From: Chitinophagales bacterium
GTDB taxonomy: Bacteria > Bacteroidota > Bacteroidia > Chitinophagales > Chitinophagaceae
NCBI GenBank assembly: GCA_038213285.1
Contig: JBBQTL010000002.1
Location: forward strand, 19,949-83,948
Length of the DNA stretch: 64,000 nt
Direction of reading: 5' to 3'
Position numbers and translations under genes: made by a program. Within the stretch, counting starts at the first letter, position 1. Each line of letters begins with the position of its first letter. Positions 30,895 to 41,584 of this stretch are shown one piece after another. The notes beneath the pieces are model-generated. The model did no database searches and had not been told where the DNA came from. It saw nothing but the letters and a program-made list of their open reading frames with translations.

Positions 30895-33800
30895 ATGGCC
30901 AAAATTTATGCCCTGCTGACAGGCATCAACAACTACCCGGTCAAACCATTACAGGGTTGCATCAACGATGTAAATGCAATACAGGAATGTTTAACGACCA
31001 TTTATGGAAACAGCAATACGCTCCTTATTAAAAGGCTGACTGATGATGATGCGGATAAACCCACCCGGGATAATATGATCGCAGCTTTTGATCATTTTAA
31101 TAATGCGAAAGAGGGTGATGTTTGTTTGTTTTATTATAGCGGGCATGGATCTTTTTCCACTGCGCCGCAGGAGTTCTGGACAGATACCAGTGGCTTTGTT
31201 CAATCCTTTGTTTGTGAGGATAGCCGGTTACCCGGAGGCAGGGACCTGGTGGATAAGGAAGTGAGTTTTTTGATCTGGAAAACGATGATCGATAAACCAA
31301 AGGTTACGTTTGTTGCTATCACCGATTGCTGCCACTGCGGTACCATCACCAAGGCCATTGATAACAGCGGTATCACAGAAAGGATGGTGCCGGGAGATTC
31401 ATCGGTTCCATTAAATCCGGAAGATTACCTGGGCTTTGATTTTTCCATAGAAGTGAATAATAAAAGGCTTCGGGCCTACCATATTTCCAATGATGATGTA
31501 ACCGGTAATAAACGAATTACGGTAAGCAGGGGTAACCATATCCACCTGGCTGCTTCCAGGGATAGTCAGACATCCAAAGAGCTAAGCATAGACGGGAAAA
31601 AAAGAGGGGCATTCACTCATTCATTGATAAAAACACTTTATAGCTGTGGTGGAAAAATAAGTTATAAGGAGCTGGTGGATAAAACGCTGGTACTGGTAAA
31701 GAACATTGTGCCTGATCAGAATCCCGACATCAATATTGTTGGTGACCTGCTGCCCTCCGAAAAGGAGAAGATATTTCTATCGCAGGAGGTTTCTGTATTT
31801 AACCCGGAGTACCTGGTGTACTACGATCCAAAATACAAATGGTGTATTAAGGCAGGCAGCATGCACAATGTATATGTTGGTGATAAAATCCATATTAAGG
31901 GCGTTTGCGATTCCGCAGTTACCGGCAGCCCTTCACCGGAATTTTCAACTATTAAAATGCAACCGGAACTGGGAGATATCAAGACCACTTATTTTGCGGC
32001 AGTAGAAAGACAGCCCAATCAAAAACAACTGAAACTTTCTTTTGCCACGGATATAGACGCAGCAATAAAGAAACTGATTGAAGAAGAGAGTGATCATTCT
32101 CCTTCAGCGCTCGTGCATATTTTAACAGAAGGATCAGGGCAATATATCATTCGATCCAACCAACAGCAGGAAGCTTTTATAACACTGCCCGGAAGCGAAA
32201 TACCCGTTTTTAAATCCAAAACAGTTACCGACAATACCGAAGCGGTCACCTTTTTAAATGAGGTGGAAACGGTTGCTAAATGGTTGCATTTGCAGGAGTT
32301 CAATAATCCTTCCTCCGGATTAACCAAAAATGATTATCATATCACTTTATACAGGTCGGCAACAGGAGGAAATTTTGAAGCGGTAAAAGAAATCAATGTT
32401 TTAAACGATCTGTACTATACAAAAGATGGGGAAGACTGGGTGAGTCCCGGCTTTAAATTGCTGATATCAAATACCAGCAATCAAACCCTGTGGATATCCA
32501 ATGCCTATCTTGAATTTAACTATGGCATCACCATCGATTATTTTGAAAGTAAAATGGAGATAAAGCCTGGCGGGGAAGGCTGGCTGACATTTACAAAAAA
32601 CACCACGGCTACCGATATCATCTATCTTTCCATTAATAAAGAATACCAGGAGCTCGGTTACAATGAAACAACCGAATACCTGAAACTTTTTATTTCCACC
32701 GATAAAATTCCTATGGATGGTTTGGAACAGGAAGGGTTGGAATTAAACCCTGCCATGAAAGTTGCCCGGTCTAAAAGTCCGGGTGGGCAGCCTTCCAACA
32801 AACCATTTGCCACCAAGGAATGGAAGACTGAAACGATTGGATTCAGAATTATAAAGCCAATGACGGAAACCGCTATCACCGAAGGAAAAGCAACTGAATT
32901 GAATGGCATTACTATTGAAGCACATGCGGGCTTAAATGCAAAAGTGAGTATCATCGGATCGGATAAAATTTCCCGGGTGTATGATTACCTTTCTAATGCT
33001 GCGGAATCCAATTTAAAATCGCTGGATGCAAAAGGCGTTAAACCAACTGATTTTATAGCGCCGCCACATGAAGCCAACAGCAATTCTTACCTGGTGCCCT
33101 TCGACCTGGTTTCAGATGGCACAAGATCAGGAACACCAATGGATGTGCTGGAACTGAGCGATGTGGCAAACAGGGATGCAGTGAATGATGAAAATCCGCT
33201 CATCATACAAACGGCCACTACCCGGTCGGCCGATGATGACCATATTATTCCCATTGGCTATGATCCTGAAACCAAATTATACTACCCGATAGGGTATACA
33301 GCAGCGGATGGAAGGATATACATTGAAACATTACCCGAAGAAACAGCTTCTGATTCGGTGATTACCCAAAAGAGTTTTTTGGGATCCATCAAAATTTATT
33401 TTCAAAAAGTAATCGGGCAAAAGCTGGGATTCGGATATGATTATCCACGGCTGGCAATAGTGGATGTAAACGACAACCTGGAAGTAAAATATGAAAGTGA
33501 CCAGGTAAAGGTAGAAGCTGCAGTGAAGCAGGCAGATGAAATAGTCGTTTTCATTCATGGCATCATTGGCGATACGGAGGGTATGGTAAAATGCATTAAA
33601 ACCAAAATGGATACGACTGGAAATATGCTTGTAAAAAGTAAAACACAGGTGTTGGCATTTGATTATGAAAACCTGAATACGCCCATTGAAGAAAACGCAC
33701 AAAAGCTGGGTGAAAGATTAGCGGCAGTTGGTTTAGCCGAGGGCCATCAAAAAAAACTGGTCATCATCGCCCATTCTATGGGAGGACTGGTAAGCCGTTA

Positions 33801-34365
33801 CTTTATTGAAAAACTGGGCGGTAATAAAATAGTCAACCAATTGGTAATGCTGGGTACGCCCAACAACGGCACACCCTGGGTGGATGTAAGGGATATGGCA
33901 GAAACCCTGCTGACCTACGCCATTAACGGAGCAGCATTTTTAAAACCCTGGATGTTTATTTTATCCGGTATTGGCAAAATAGCCACCAATGTACAGGTAA
34001 GCTTCAAACAGATGGATCCCATAACAGGTATTTACCCTGTATTGAATAAAGGCGAAGCCCCCGAAATGCCGTATACGGTAATCATGGGTAATACTCAGCA
34101 AATCATTGTAAACTATGAAGGCACTTCAAACCTGGTCAGCAAATTGTTCCGGCGCATAAAGAAGCGTGGTGTGTACGATGCATTGGATGCTGCGCTATTT
34201 AAAAAAGCCAATGATATTGCGGTAACTGATGAGAGTATTAGTACATTGGCCACCACGGCATCCTGGACATCAAAACCCGCCGTACATGAGGTACCCTGCG
34301 ACCACATGAATTACTTTGTAAATAAGGAATCGCTTAAAGTTATTTACGACAGGTTGAATGCGTGA
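30895..34365 (+). CDS. Caspase-like (peptidase C14) domain fused to a C-terminal PGAP1/lipase-like alpha/beta hydrolase
   Basis: LQGCINDV, YYSGHG (His), TDCCHCG (Cys) and GAFT; C-terminal HGIIG, AHSMGG, LGTPNNG, DIAV and CDH. Confidence 0.9.
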   Translation: MAKIYALLTGINNYPVKPLQGCINDVNAIQECLTTIYGNSNTLLIKRLTDDDADKPTRDNMIAAFDHFNNAKEGDVCLFYYSGHGSFSTAPQEFWTDTSGFVQSFVCEDSRLPGGRDLVDKEVSFLIWKTMIDKPKVTFVAITDCCHCGTITKAIDNSGITERMVPGDSSVPLNPEDYLGFDFSIEVNNKRLRAYHISNDDVTGNKRITVSRGNHIHLAASRDSQTSKELSIDGKKRGAFTHSLIKTLYSCGGKISYKELVDKTLVLVKNIVPDQNPDINIVGDLLPSEKEKIFLSQEVSVFNPEYLVYYDPKYKWCIKAGSMHNVYVGDKIHIKGVCDSAVTGSPSPEFSTIKMQPELGDIKTTYFAAVERQPNQKQLKLSFATDIDAAIKKLIEEESDHSPSALVHILTEGSGQYIIRSNQQQEAFITLPGSEIPVFKSKTVTDNTEAVTFLNEVETVAKWLHLQEFNNPSSGLTKNDYHITLYRSATGGNFEAVKEINVLNDLYYTKDGEDWVSPGFKLLISNTSNQTLWISNAYLEFNYGITIDYFESKMEIKPGGEGWLTFTKNTTATDIIYLSINKEYQELGYNETTEYLKLFISTDKIPMDGLEQEGLELNPAMKVARSKSPGGQPSNKPFATKEWKTETIGFRIIKPMTETAITEGKATELNGITIEAHAGLNAKVSIIGSDKISRVYDYLSNAAESNLKSLDAKGVKPTDFIAPPHEANSNSYLVPFDLVSDGTRSGTPMDVLELSDVANRDAVNDENPLIIQTATTRSADDDHIIPIGYDPETKLYYPIGYTAADGRIYIETLPEETASDSVITQKSFLGSIKIYFQKVIGQKLGFGYDYPRLAIVDVNDNLEVKYESDQVKVEAAVKQADEIVVFIHGIIGDTEGMVKCIKTKMDTTGNMLVKSKTQVLAFDYENLNTPIEENAQKLGERLAAVGLAEGHQKKLVIIAHSMGGLVSRYFIEKLGGNKIVNQLVMLGTPNNGTPWVDVRDMAETLLTYAINGAAFLKPWMFILSGIGKIATNVQVSFKQMDPITGIYPVLNKGEAPEMPYTVIMGNTQQIIVNYEGTSNLVSKLFRRIKKRGVYDALDAALFKKANDIAVTDESISTLATTASWTSKPAVHEVPCDHMNYFVNKESLKVIYDRLNA

Positions 34366-34405
34366 TAAAACGATGTAAAGGAGATGCCGTTTAGATAGTC
34401 CTACA

Positions 34406-34506
34406 AGTGTCATGTCAACATCGATTTGTCATAGATGAATTTTCTTGGTGAGTCACCCCCAAAGTGTGACTCACCAAGAAAATTCGGGACTCATATGTCA
34501 TTTCCT
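34406..34506. repeat. 101-bp element (MITE/REP-like), copy B, inverted relative to copy A
   Basis: 93/101 identical to the reverse complement of 30003-30103. Confidence 0.9.
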
Positions 34507-34585
34507 GTGTGACATGCCTCTAGTTATTTTCGCACATAGAAACAAAGCTGCTAAAGAAAACCATTTTGCATTTCAGATGTCTGAA

Positions 34586-36679
34586 CCCACATTGCAGCTA
34601 CGGATCGCTAAATTGTGCAATAGCCTGCGTTTCAATTTTTTTGAGTGGCGGTTTGTGTACTACAAATTTAATTTGCTTAAAGGGTTTTGATTTTTGTTGT
34701 TTCAGGGCATTGTGGATTTTTCTGAGGTCTTCGGTTGGTTCGGTGCATCGCTTAATTTGTATGATTTGATCGTAACTGTTTTGCGCTGTTGTCAGCACTG
34801 ATTTTTGTGTGGATGCTTTTCTTTTTATTTCTTTCCAATCATCTTTAATACCCGATTGTTTTAGCTGATACCGGATGGTGTTTACAAGCCAATAGGCCAA
34901 TAATCCTAAATGCAGGTGCGCCATGGTTGATTTATCGTTTTTATGATAAATGGGCCGTAGGTCTAAATCTGTTTTCAATATTCTAAAGGTTGATTCTATC
35001 TCCCTTATGGTATTGTAAATCATCCATTCTAATGCTTCATCTGTATCTTCTAAATTTGTTCTTAAAAAATACACACCCAATTTTTTACTGGCTTCTTCAG
35101 CTTTTGCCATATCCTTTTGCCAGTACATGTTTTTTACTGTTTGGGTAGCAGTGTCAATATCAAGGGTAATATTGTATAGATGATGGATGGACGGATATTT
35201 TTGTTTGGCCCTACCAATTCTTTGTTGCACTTTATCTGCTTTTTTAATCCCTCTTGGTTTAAATAAACCTTGTTTGATGAGTTCAAGCAGTTGCTCATAT
35301 CCCTGCTCCAACCTGGTTTTAATACCTTGCTCTTTCATCCCTTTGGCTGGGCTTTCTACCTTCATAAAACTATCGGTATGTTTTTCACTTTGCACCAATG
35401 ACAGCCTTATTATTTTTTTAGATTTTGTAAGCAGATACGTTTCTTTTCCTTGCTGCACTGGCTGGTAATCTTTTATTTTTGACCTGCTCACCACCACATA
35501 TTTGTATCCCTCCCGGGTTAAAGTACCCAGATTTTTTTCGGTAGCTATACCTGCATCCATTACTACTATTGGTTTTGCTGAGCTACTGGTATTGCTGCTT
35601 ATTTTCTCAATGAGGGGTTTAATGTCTGATGTATCTGCATAGTTTCCCTCGTGGATAGCTGAATATTTGATGAAGCCCTCTATATTGATAACCATTGCAA
35701 GTACAACGAGTTTTGCATCACTGCGCTTCTCTTTGCTGCGTCCATATTGTGCCAATTCGCTATTGCGTTTTGTACCTTCAAAATAGGTATTGGTAAGGTC
35801 GTACAGCATTATTCTATCTTGCAAATCAAATAGCTCATTGGTGGTGGTGGATAAATATTTTTCGATAGTTGCTTTGTGTTGGTATAAATCTAAAGCACTT
35901 TGGTAAAGTTTGTCTTTGGTGATTTGTTGTACATCATAGCCCGTAATATCGCAGATGGCAGAGTTGTCTTTTATCCATTTGCTGGTTGCCAGTTCTGAGC
36001 CTGGGTACACCGCCCTGCTTATCACTTGTGTCATGGCTAATTGTGTTTTTTCTTCACTCCAACCAAGCCCTTCAAATAGTTCGTTTAGTTGTAGCTGATT
36101 CCACGTGTTGGCACATATCCATTCAGTGCCTATCTCCCTGGCTTCTTTGTGTTTTATGCTGTCAACTTTTACTAATCGGTGTTTTTCTGCCATCGTTTTG
36201 CGGTCGATGGTTTTGTTGGCAATCATCTTATCCCAAAAGCGATTTACCCATTCCGCTACTTGTGCATCTATTTCTTCAAAAAGTGTTAATTCATTTTTAT
36301 ATCTTTTATTGAGATGGTCAACTACTTTATTTTTTTGCTCAGTGGAAGCATCGTTCCAAAAGCCAATATTTAAAAGTGTTTTATGGCAAACCCTATCAAA
36401 TTCATTGCGATAACTTTCTACCAATCGATAGTAAGCAGCAATGTCCTTTATATCAGGATTATGTCTAAATGAAGCTTTTAAATACATTGGGCACAAAGCT
36501 AAAAAATGCTGCCGGTTTATGAACACCCCCCTGTGTACTACAAATTGAAATATCGCTTTATGGCTGCAATAAAAAAACCCCTACTGGAGGGGGGTACGGA
36601 TAAAGCGCTCTCAAAGCGTAGAATTATTTTTGAAAAAATTAAAATTTAACAGTTGACGGGTCTTTTGCTGCAATGTGGG
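34586..36679 (-). mobile_element. Complete IS1634-family insertion sequence
   Basis: 13-bp terminal IRs CCCACATTGCAGC (34586-34598) / GCTGCAATGTGGG (36667-36679), flanked by a TGAA direct repeat (34582-34585, 36680-36683); single DDE transposase. Confidence 0.9.
34598..36487 (-). CDS. IS1634-family DDE transposase
   Basis: YDLTNTYFEG, YGRSKEKRSD, VVMDAG and IESTFRILKTDL.LRPIYH motifs; likely start is the ATG at 36487 (the ORF track gives 36526). Confidence 0.9.
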   Translation of the reverse strand: MYLKASFRHNPDIKDIAAYYRLVESYRNEFDRVCHKTLLNIGFWNDASTEQKNKVVDHLNKRYKNELTLFEEIDAQVAEWVNRFWDKMIANKTIDRKTMAEKHRLVKVDSIKHKEAREIGTEWICANTWNQLQLNELFEGLGWSEEKTQLAMTQVISRAVYPGSELATSKWIKDNSAICDITGYDVQQITKDKLYQSALDLYQHKATIEKYLSTTTNELFDLQDRIMLYDLTNTYFEGTKRNSELAQYGRSKEKRSDAKLVVLAMVINIEGFIKYSAIHEGNYADTSDIKPLIEKISSNTSSSAKPIVVMDAGIATEKNLGTLTREGYKYVVVSRSKIKDYQPVQQGKETYLLTKSKKIIRLSLVQSEKHTDSFMKVESPAKGMKEQGIKTRLEQGYEQLLELIKQGLFKPRGIKKADKVQQRIGRAKQKYPSIHHLYNITLDIDTATQTVKNMYWQKDMAKAEEASKKLGVYFLRTNLEDTDEALEWMIYNTIREIESTFRILKTDLDLRPIYHKNDKSTMAHLHLGLLAYWLVNTIRYQLKQSGIKDDWKEIKRKASTQKSVLTTAQNSYDQIIQIKRCTEPTEDLRKIHNALKQQKSKPFKQIKFVVHKPPLKKIETQAIAQFSDP

Positions 36680-36832
36680 TGAAGGTAAAAGAATGTCATA
36701 TTTCAATGTCAGGAATGATGATGAAAAAACATTTGGCTTCTTTCATATTATAACAGCTAAGTAGTGGAACCATTTTCATTTTAGTGAACATTTTTTATTT
36801 TGAGCAGGGTAAGCATTTGCCTTATAAACACA

Positions 36833-37246
36833 TTACTCATTAGCAGGAGATGGATTGCCCCGGTGGCAGGTATTGCAGCTTACTACATTCAGGTATTCAG
36901 GCCTCCTGGTACTGTCATAGTAAAAATAAGTTTTGTTAATATGAATTGACATGCGTATCATTTTACGGGCCTCCTCTTTCATGCTATTGTCTAAGGCATA
37001 ATCGAGTACATCTGTTTTAGGCGCAATGCCCGTGAAATCTTTTGGCGGCACGTGACAAAAATCGCAGGAAACTTTCAATGCCTTGGTATACGCTTCCATC
37101 ATACTATCCAGTTGTCTTTCGCTGATGTCCTGGGGAAGCACTTGAAGGTTCTTATATTTTTTGTTTGAGGTAGTGGTAGCTGCTGTAGCCAGTATGGCAA
37201 GTGAGGTAAGTATTATAATCGTTACTGTTTTTTTGTGATGTGGCAT
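36833..37246 (-). CDS. Dihaem c-type cytochrome (photosynthetic reaction centre cytochrome c-like family)
   Basis: Signal peptide; KNLQVL; two CxxCH motifs (CDFCH, CNTCH). Confidence 0.85.
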   Translation of the reverse strand: MPHHKKTVTIIILTSLAILATAATTTSNKKYKNLQVLPQDISERQLDSMMEAYTKALKVSCDFCHVPPKDFTGIAPKTDVLDYALDNSMKEEARKMIRMSIHINKTYFYYDSTRRPEYLNVVSCNTCHRGNPSPANE

Positions 37247-37610
37247 TCATTATTATTTTTAAAATGATAAAATGCAAAAGTGGCAAGGTTTGGACGAGGC
37301 AACGGTATTCATAGGCGCATTAACAATGGTTACGGGCAACGCTGAGAGCATAACGGCGTTATGTTTTCTCTTATTTAGGGAGCAAAATGAATTGGCTTGT
37401 TATGTTTTCAAAATCGTTGAATATGGTATTATATTTTGAAACTGTGCGGCATGAAATTGTAACAATAGTTAACGTAATAAACAGTGCGAATAATTTAGAT
37501 GTATGCATATCATAAAAATATCAATGGCTGTAAATCATGTTTTGTTCGGGTTAACATGCACACTAAAACTTTTATATAACCAGCCTAATTATTACTAACT
37601 ATTTTTTACG

Positions 37611-39272
37611 TTATAAATTTAATTGGTTAATCATCATTTGCATACGTTCCTTTAATTTTTCCGATGCTTTTTCATTTTTAATTACGGCTTCTGCCAAAGC
37701 AACTTTTTCTTCTTTTGTCAAATCATCAATGCCCTTTTCTTCATCCTGTAATATTTGCTGTAGCGCCTCATCTGTTAATACCAGTTGCATCAGTTCAGTC
37801 TCCAGCATTTCTTCTTCCATATTTTCCTGTTCGTCCATTGCTCTCAGACCGAGCACTACTTTGAAAAAGGGGAAAAAAACTTTGTCTTTATCCTGCTTTA
37901 CGAGATCACCTGGTTTGGATACGGGTATTTCCAGCATATCAGCCGCACGCAATATGCCATTGCCATAATATTTTTTATAATCATCATCAAAATTTCCATC
38001 ATCCGTATTGATTTCTTTTGCTGCAGAATCAAACAGGGCTTTTCGGATTGCTTCCACCCGCATCCATGATTCAGGCAATGCTTCCAGTGCATCATAATTT
38101 TTTACATAATACAATGCTGCGGCCGAGGCTACCTGCGGGGTGGCGGAAGATGTACCATCGCCCCTGATACCCACTACATCGTCATACCGGTAAGTGGCCC
38201 AGGGCATATTGGGTGTATAAGCGGCAATGGCCGTATTCATCAACGATTGCGGGCCATAATTGCCTTCCATAATATGAAAACTACCGGCTCCCCTGGGTTT
38301 TGCATAAGGTGAACCATCGTAAGTAACGCCACATGCGGCCACTACCCGGTTAAAACGGGCAGGGTAAATGAGCGTTCGGGTTGGCAGTTTTTTAAAGTTA
38401 TTTCCGGCAGCAGTAACGATAAAAATCCCTTTTTCATAAGCGGCATTTACAAGGTCGGCCCATGCCCTGGAGGCTACTCCGCCCATGCTCATCGTAATTA
38501 CATGAACACGGGTGTTTTCATCATTGTATATTTCGTTTACCACATAATCAAGCGCTCTTACAAATGCACCTGCTTTAAATAATACCACACTCTCCGCAAT
38601 CCGGATGGGAACAATTTCAATGCTGTCGTACAGGCCAATATAATCATCAAAGTCCAAATTGTTGATGGCCAGTTTACTACCGGCGAGTATGCTCAGTGTA
38701 CCAGTACCATGCCCGGGCATTTTTAAGGTGCCACTGTCAAACTTGTCTTCAGCGTTGTTCCATCGTTCTTCCTCTCCTTCTACAAAATTTCGCTGCAGGT
38801 CTGTCCGGATCATATTTTTTATCGCCGGAAAAGAAACATGCTTTTTTGAATAGCCCGTATCAAAATGGGCAATCCTTACTACTTTTTTATTGGGAACAGC
38901 GGCCACCGTTTCCCTCGCTTTTTTTAACTGTGAAAAATCATCACCCAGGTGCCAGATAGAGGGACGAGGTGGGCTGGGCCAATAATCAATAAATTTAAAA
39001 TAACTTTCTTTTGGAGAGTCGCCTTTTTCGGCTCCCTCCTCCTGGTATTTGTAAAAGGCTTCAGCCGTTTCAATATCCGGTTCTATGAATGAATACTCCT
39101 GGTTTTCACTAATGGCTTCGTGGGCTTCATCCCAGGGAGTTGGAGCTGCAGAGATATTGGGTACAATTTTGATGGGGTCATTTTCCTCAGCGATCATTGC
39201 TCCATTTTCTGTTGAGTCAAAATCACGGGAAGTAGTTTTTAACCGCACGATTAGTTTTGAATTGCCGGGCAT
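37611..39272 (-). CDS. S8 family serine peptidase (subtilase), no signal peptide
   Basis: HFDTG (Asp), HGTGT (His), AAGN oxyanion and DGTSSATP (Ser). Confidence 0.9.
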   Translation of the reverse strand: MPGNSKLIVRLKTTSRDFDSTENGAMIAEENDPIKIVPNISAAPTPWDEAHEAISENQEYSFIEPDIETAEAFYKYQEEGAEKGDSPKESYFKFIDYWPSPPRPSIWHLGDDFSQLKKARETVAAVPNKKVVRIAHFDTGYSKKHVSFPAIKNMIRTDLQRNFVEGEEERWNNAEDKFDSGTLKMPGHGTGTLSILAGSKLAINNLDFDDYIGLYDSIEIVPIRIAESVVLFKAGAFVRALDYVVNEIYNDENTRVHVITMSMGGVASRAWADLVNAAYEKGIFIVTAAGNNFKKLPTRTLIYPARFNRVVAACGVTYDGSPYAKPRGAGSFHIMEGNYGPQSLMNTAIAAYTPNMPWATYRYDDVVGIRGDGTSSATPQVASAAALYYVKNYDALEALPESWMRVEAIRKALFDSAAKEINTDDGNFDDDYKKYYGNGILRAADMLEIPVSKPGDLVKQDKDKVFFPFFKVVLGLRAMDEQENMEEEMLETELMQLVLTDEALQQILQDEEKGIDDLTKEEKVALAEAVIKNEKASEKLKERMQMMINQLNL

Positions 39273-39509
39273 ATAGTATTAATTTATTGAGTGTATGGAA
39301 AACTTTTCCTTTTAATTGCAATTGTCTTTTTAAAATAGCGAATACCTGATTGGAGATTGGAGATGCGACTTTAAATGTAGATAAATAAACATATTTAAAC
39401 AAGCGCAGCCTCTTTATTCTTCAATACTTTTTACAAATGTCTGCAGGGCAATATGCTGCCATTATGTTGATAGATAAACGTTGATCCTGACATTATTGAA
39501 ATATTAAAG

Positions 39510-39582
39510 AGCGGCAAAAGGGATTCGAACCCTCGGCCCTTAGCTTGGGAAGCTAATGCTCTACCAACTGAGCTATTGCCGC
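39510..39582 (-). tRNA. tRNA-Gly (anticodon CCC)
   Basis: Minus strand GCGGCAATAGCTCAGTTGGTAGAGC-ATTAGC-TTCCCAA-GCTAA-GGGCCGAGGGTTCGAATCCCTTTTGCCGCT folds as a cloverleaf; CCA not encoded. Confidence 0.97.
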
Positions 39583-39769
39583 TTCTGTACTATCTTTTCC
39601 AATGGCTAATTTACTGTTTATTTTGATCATTCGAAAAAATATTAGGCATGTCATTTTTTGTATTCCGCCTCTGTTAGTTTTCGGGATCATTTTTTTAAAT
39701 GTAAATTTATCACCTGTAGAATAAACAGTTTATTTCAAATCAGAAGCTTCAACATAAATCTTTTTCACA

Positions 39770-40459
39770 ATGGCTACCCCTCTACAAAATAAATTGGCGG
39801 TAAGTATACTATTGCGCATGCACCCGCTGCAACGTATATTACTTAGCCTCGGTGTTTCGCTGATCACCTGGTTATTTATTCGTAATTATGATTGCAACTG
39901 GGTGCTGACCGTGACGGTTTTATGGGATGCATTTGCAATGGTATTTATCCTTACAAGCTGGATTGTTTTTTTTACCCGCCCGGTTTCCGAAATAATAAAG
40001 CAGGCAAACAAGGAGGATGGAAGCAGGGTCTTCGTGATGACCAGTATTATTATCAGTTCCTTTGCCGGCTTGTTTGCCGTTTTATTATTATTGATTGCCA
40101 AACCGGAATCAACCGGCCGGGAACTAATTTCGGTCATTTTATCCATTGCGGGGATGGTACTTTCCTGGGTAATGGTGCATACCATCTTTACTTTTCATTA
40201 TGCTCATATGTATTACGATGAAGGAATAGATGATACCCCGGATGGTTTGGCACTTCGATTTCCAGGAGAAGCGAAGCCGGACTATACAGACTTTGCTTAT
40301 TTCGCCTTTGTAATTGGCATGACCTTCCAGGTATCTGATGTGGCAATCAATTCCCGAAAAATAAGGAGAACCACATTGGCACATAGCTTATTGGCCTTCG
40401 CATTAAACACATTCGTAGTGGCGCTCACTATAAATTTAATTGCCGGGTTAAAGAAATAA
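39770..40459 (+). CDS. DUF1345 family membrane protein
   Basis: HYAHMYY, FPG..PDY.DFAYF and IGMTFQVSD motifs. Confidence 0.9.
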   Translation: MATPLQNKLAVSILLRMHPLQRILLSLGVSLITWLFIRNYDCNWVLTVTVLWDAFAMVFILTSWIVFFTRPVSEIIKQANKEDGSRVFVMTSIIISSFAGLFAVLLLLIAKPESTGRELISVILSIAGMVLSWVMVHTIFTFHYAHMYYDEGIDDTPDGLALRFPGEAKPDYTDFAYFAFVIGMTFQVSDVAINSRKIRRTTLAHSLLAFALNTFVVALTINLIAGLKK

Positions 40460-40577
40460 TGGCTGGTAAACTATACCAGTGAGGCTTTTGTAGAATGGCC
40501 CTGATATAATTTTAGGTGAAAAGTGATTTTAACATTTTTTGGTAAAGTTGTTGACTTGTATCGGGAAATTAAATTTG

Positions 40578-40937
40578 ATGCGTCCTCATTTATACCGAAT
40601 CTTAGTAAATGTTTTTGCTACACTGGTTATAGCAAGTTGCAGTAAAAAAATACAACCCAGCCAAACAGTTATGCAATCTGAAATGAAAAGTGATACTGTA
40701 GTAATGATAAAAAAAATGGATTCGGTTGTAACTGTTAAACGGGTAGTAAAGCGAAAACCAACAGAATCAATACCCAAAGTAATGGTTGTGAATGATAAGT
40801 ATGCGAAGAAAAGTGTGGATGGCAGATTTTACTATGATCTGCAGGGTCACCGATATTGGCGGAGCAACAAAGATGGCAAATACTACCTTTTTAATAAATC
40901 AATGCTCACCGATGAAGCATTTAAAAAATCCAATTAA
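40578..40937 (+). CDS. Hypothetical lipoprotein
   Basis: Lipobox VIASC; C-terminal GHRYW...DGKYY; start moved to the ATG at 40578. Confidence 0.65.
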   Translation: MRPHLYRILVNVFATLVIASCSKKIQPSQTVMQSEMKSDTVVMIKKMDSVVTVKRVVKRKPTESIPKVMVVNDKYAKKSVDGRFYYDLQGHRYWRSNKDGKYYLFNKSMLTDEAFKKSN

Positions 40938-41107
40938 AAACAGGCTCTATTTCAAAACTGCATATTTCTATTCAATGCGATAGGCCAGCCTGTTACTATA
41001 ATTTCCCACGATACCGACTGATAGCTTTAACAATAAATTGAGAACGGATTTGTTGACTCCATGATAGTTTTTTCGTCTAAGAGGTAAGCAGTTAAAACGC
41101 TCTGGAT

Positions 41108-41437
41108 ATGAAAAATTATACTAACCAACAAGAAGTTTTGTTAATGACCGCCACCGGGTTCGCCTCCAGGCAATACAGCGAAAAAGACAGTACCGGCTAT
41201 TCCAACAAACAACCGGCAATTGATATATTAAAAGAAGCATGCTGGAATGGATTGATAAAAGAAATGCTCCCGGAATTATTCCAGGTCAATGAAGAAATGG
41301 AAGCAACACTTTTTCTCTGGCAGGTGAGGGAAGCGAACCAGTTTGTTGCCCTGGAATTGGGAGAATATCCAACTGGCGTTAATAAGTATTGGTCAATCGA
41401 CCCTTATCGTTTTATGGAAGTGCAGCAATTTAATTAA
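41108..41437 (+). CDS. Hypothetical protein
   Basis: 109-aa ORF with ACWNGL...LPE motif; function not recognised. Confidence 0.65.
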   Translation: MKNYTNQQEVLLMTATGFASRQYSEKDSTGYSNKQPAIDILKEACWNGLIKEMLPELFQVNEEMEATLFLWQVREANQFVALELGEYPTGVNKYWSIDPYRFMEVQQFN

Positions 41438-41584
41438 CCCGTTAGCGTTACGCATCCCTGCAATGCATCTATAACCTGTGCCGGTAATTAGTAGTACGAA
41501 TGTAAGATGAAGTTGAAACAGATCTAAACTTTTAAACATGCCATTCACTCACCTTTCTAAAACTTTCATCCTCACGGAAGATCT

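Noticed and set aside
30003-39582. Integrase-type genomic island at tRNA-Gly
   Set aside because: No integrase is present, and I found no duplicated tRNA 3' end (att site) by eye. It is treated only as an accessory region.
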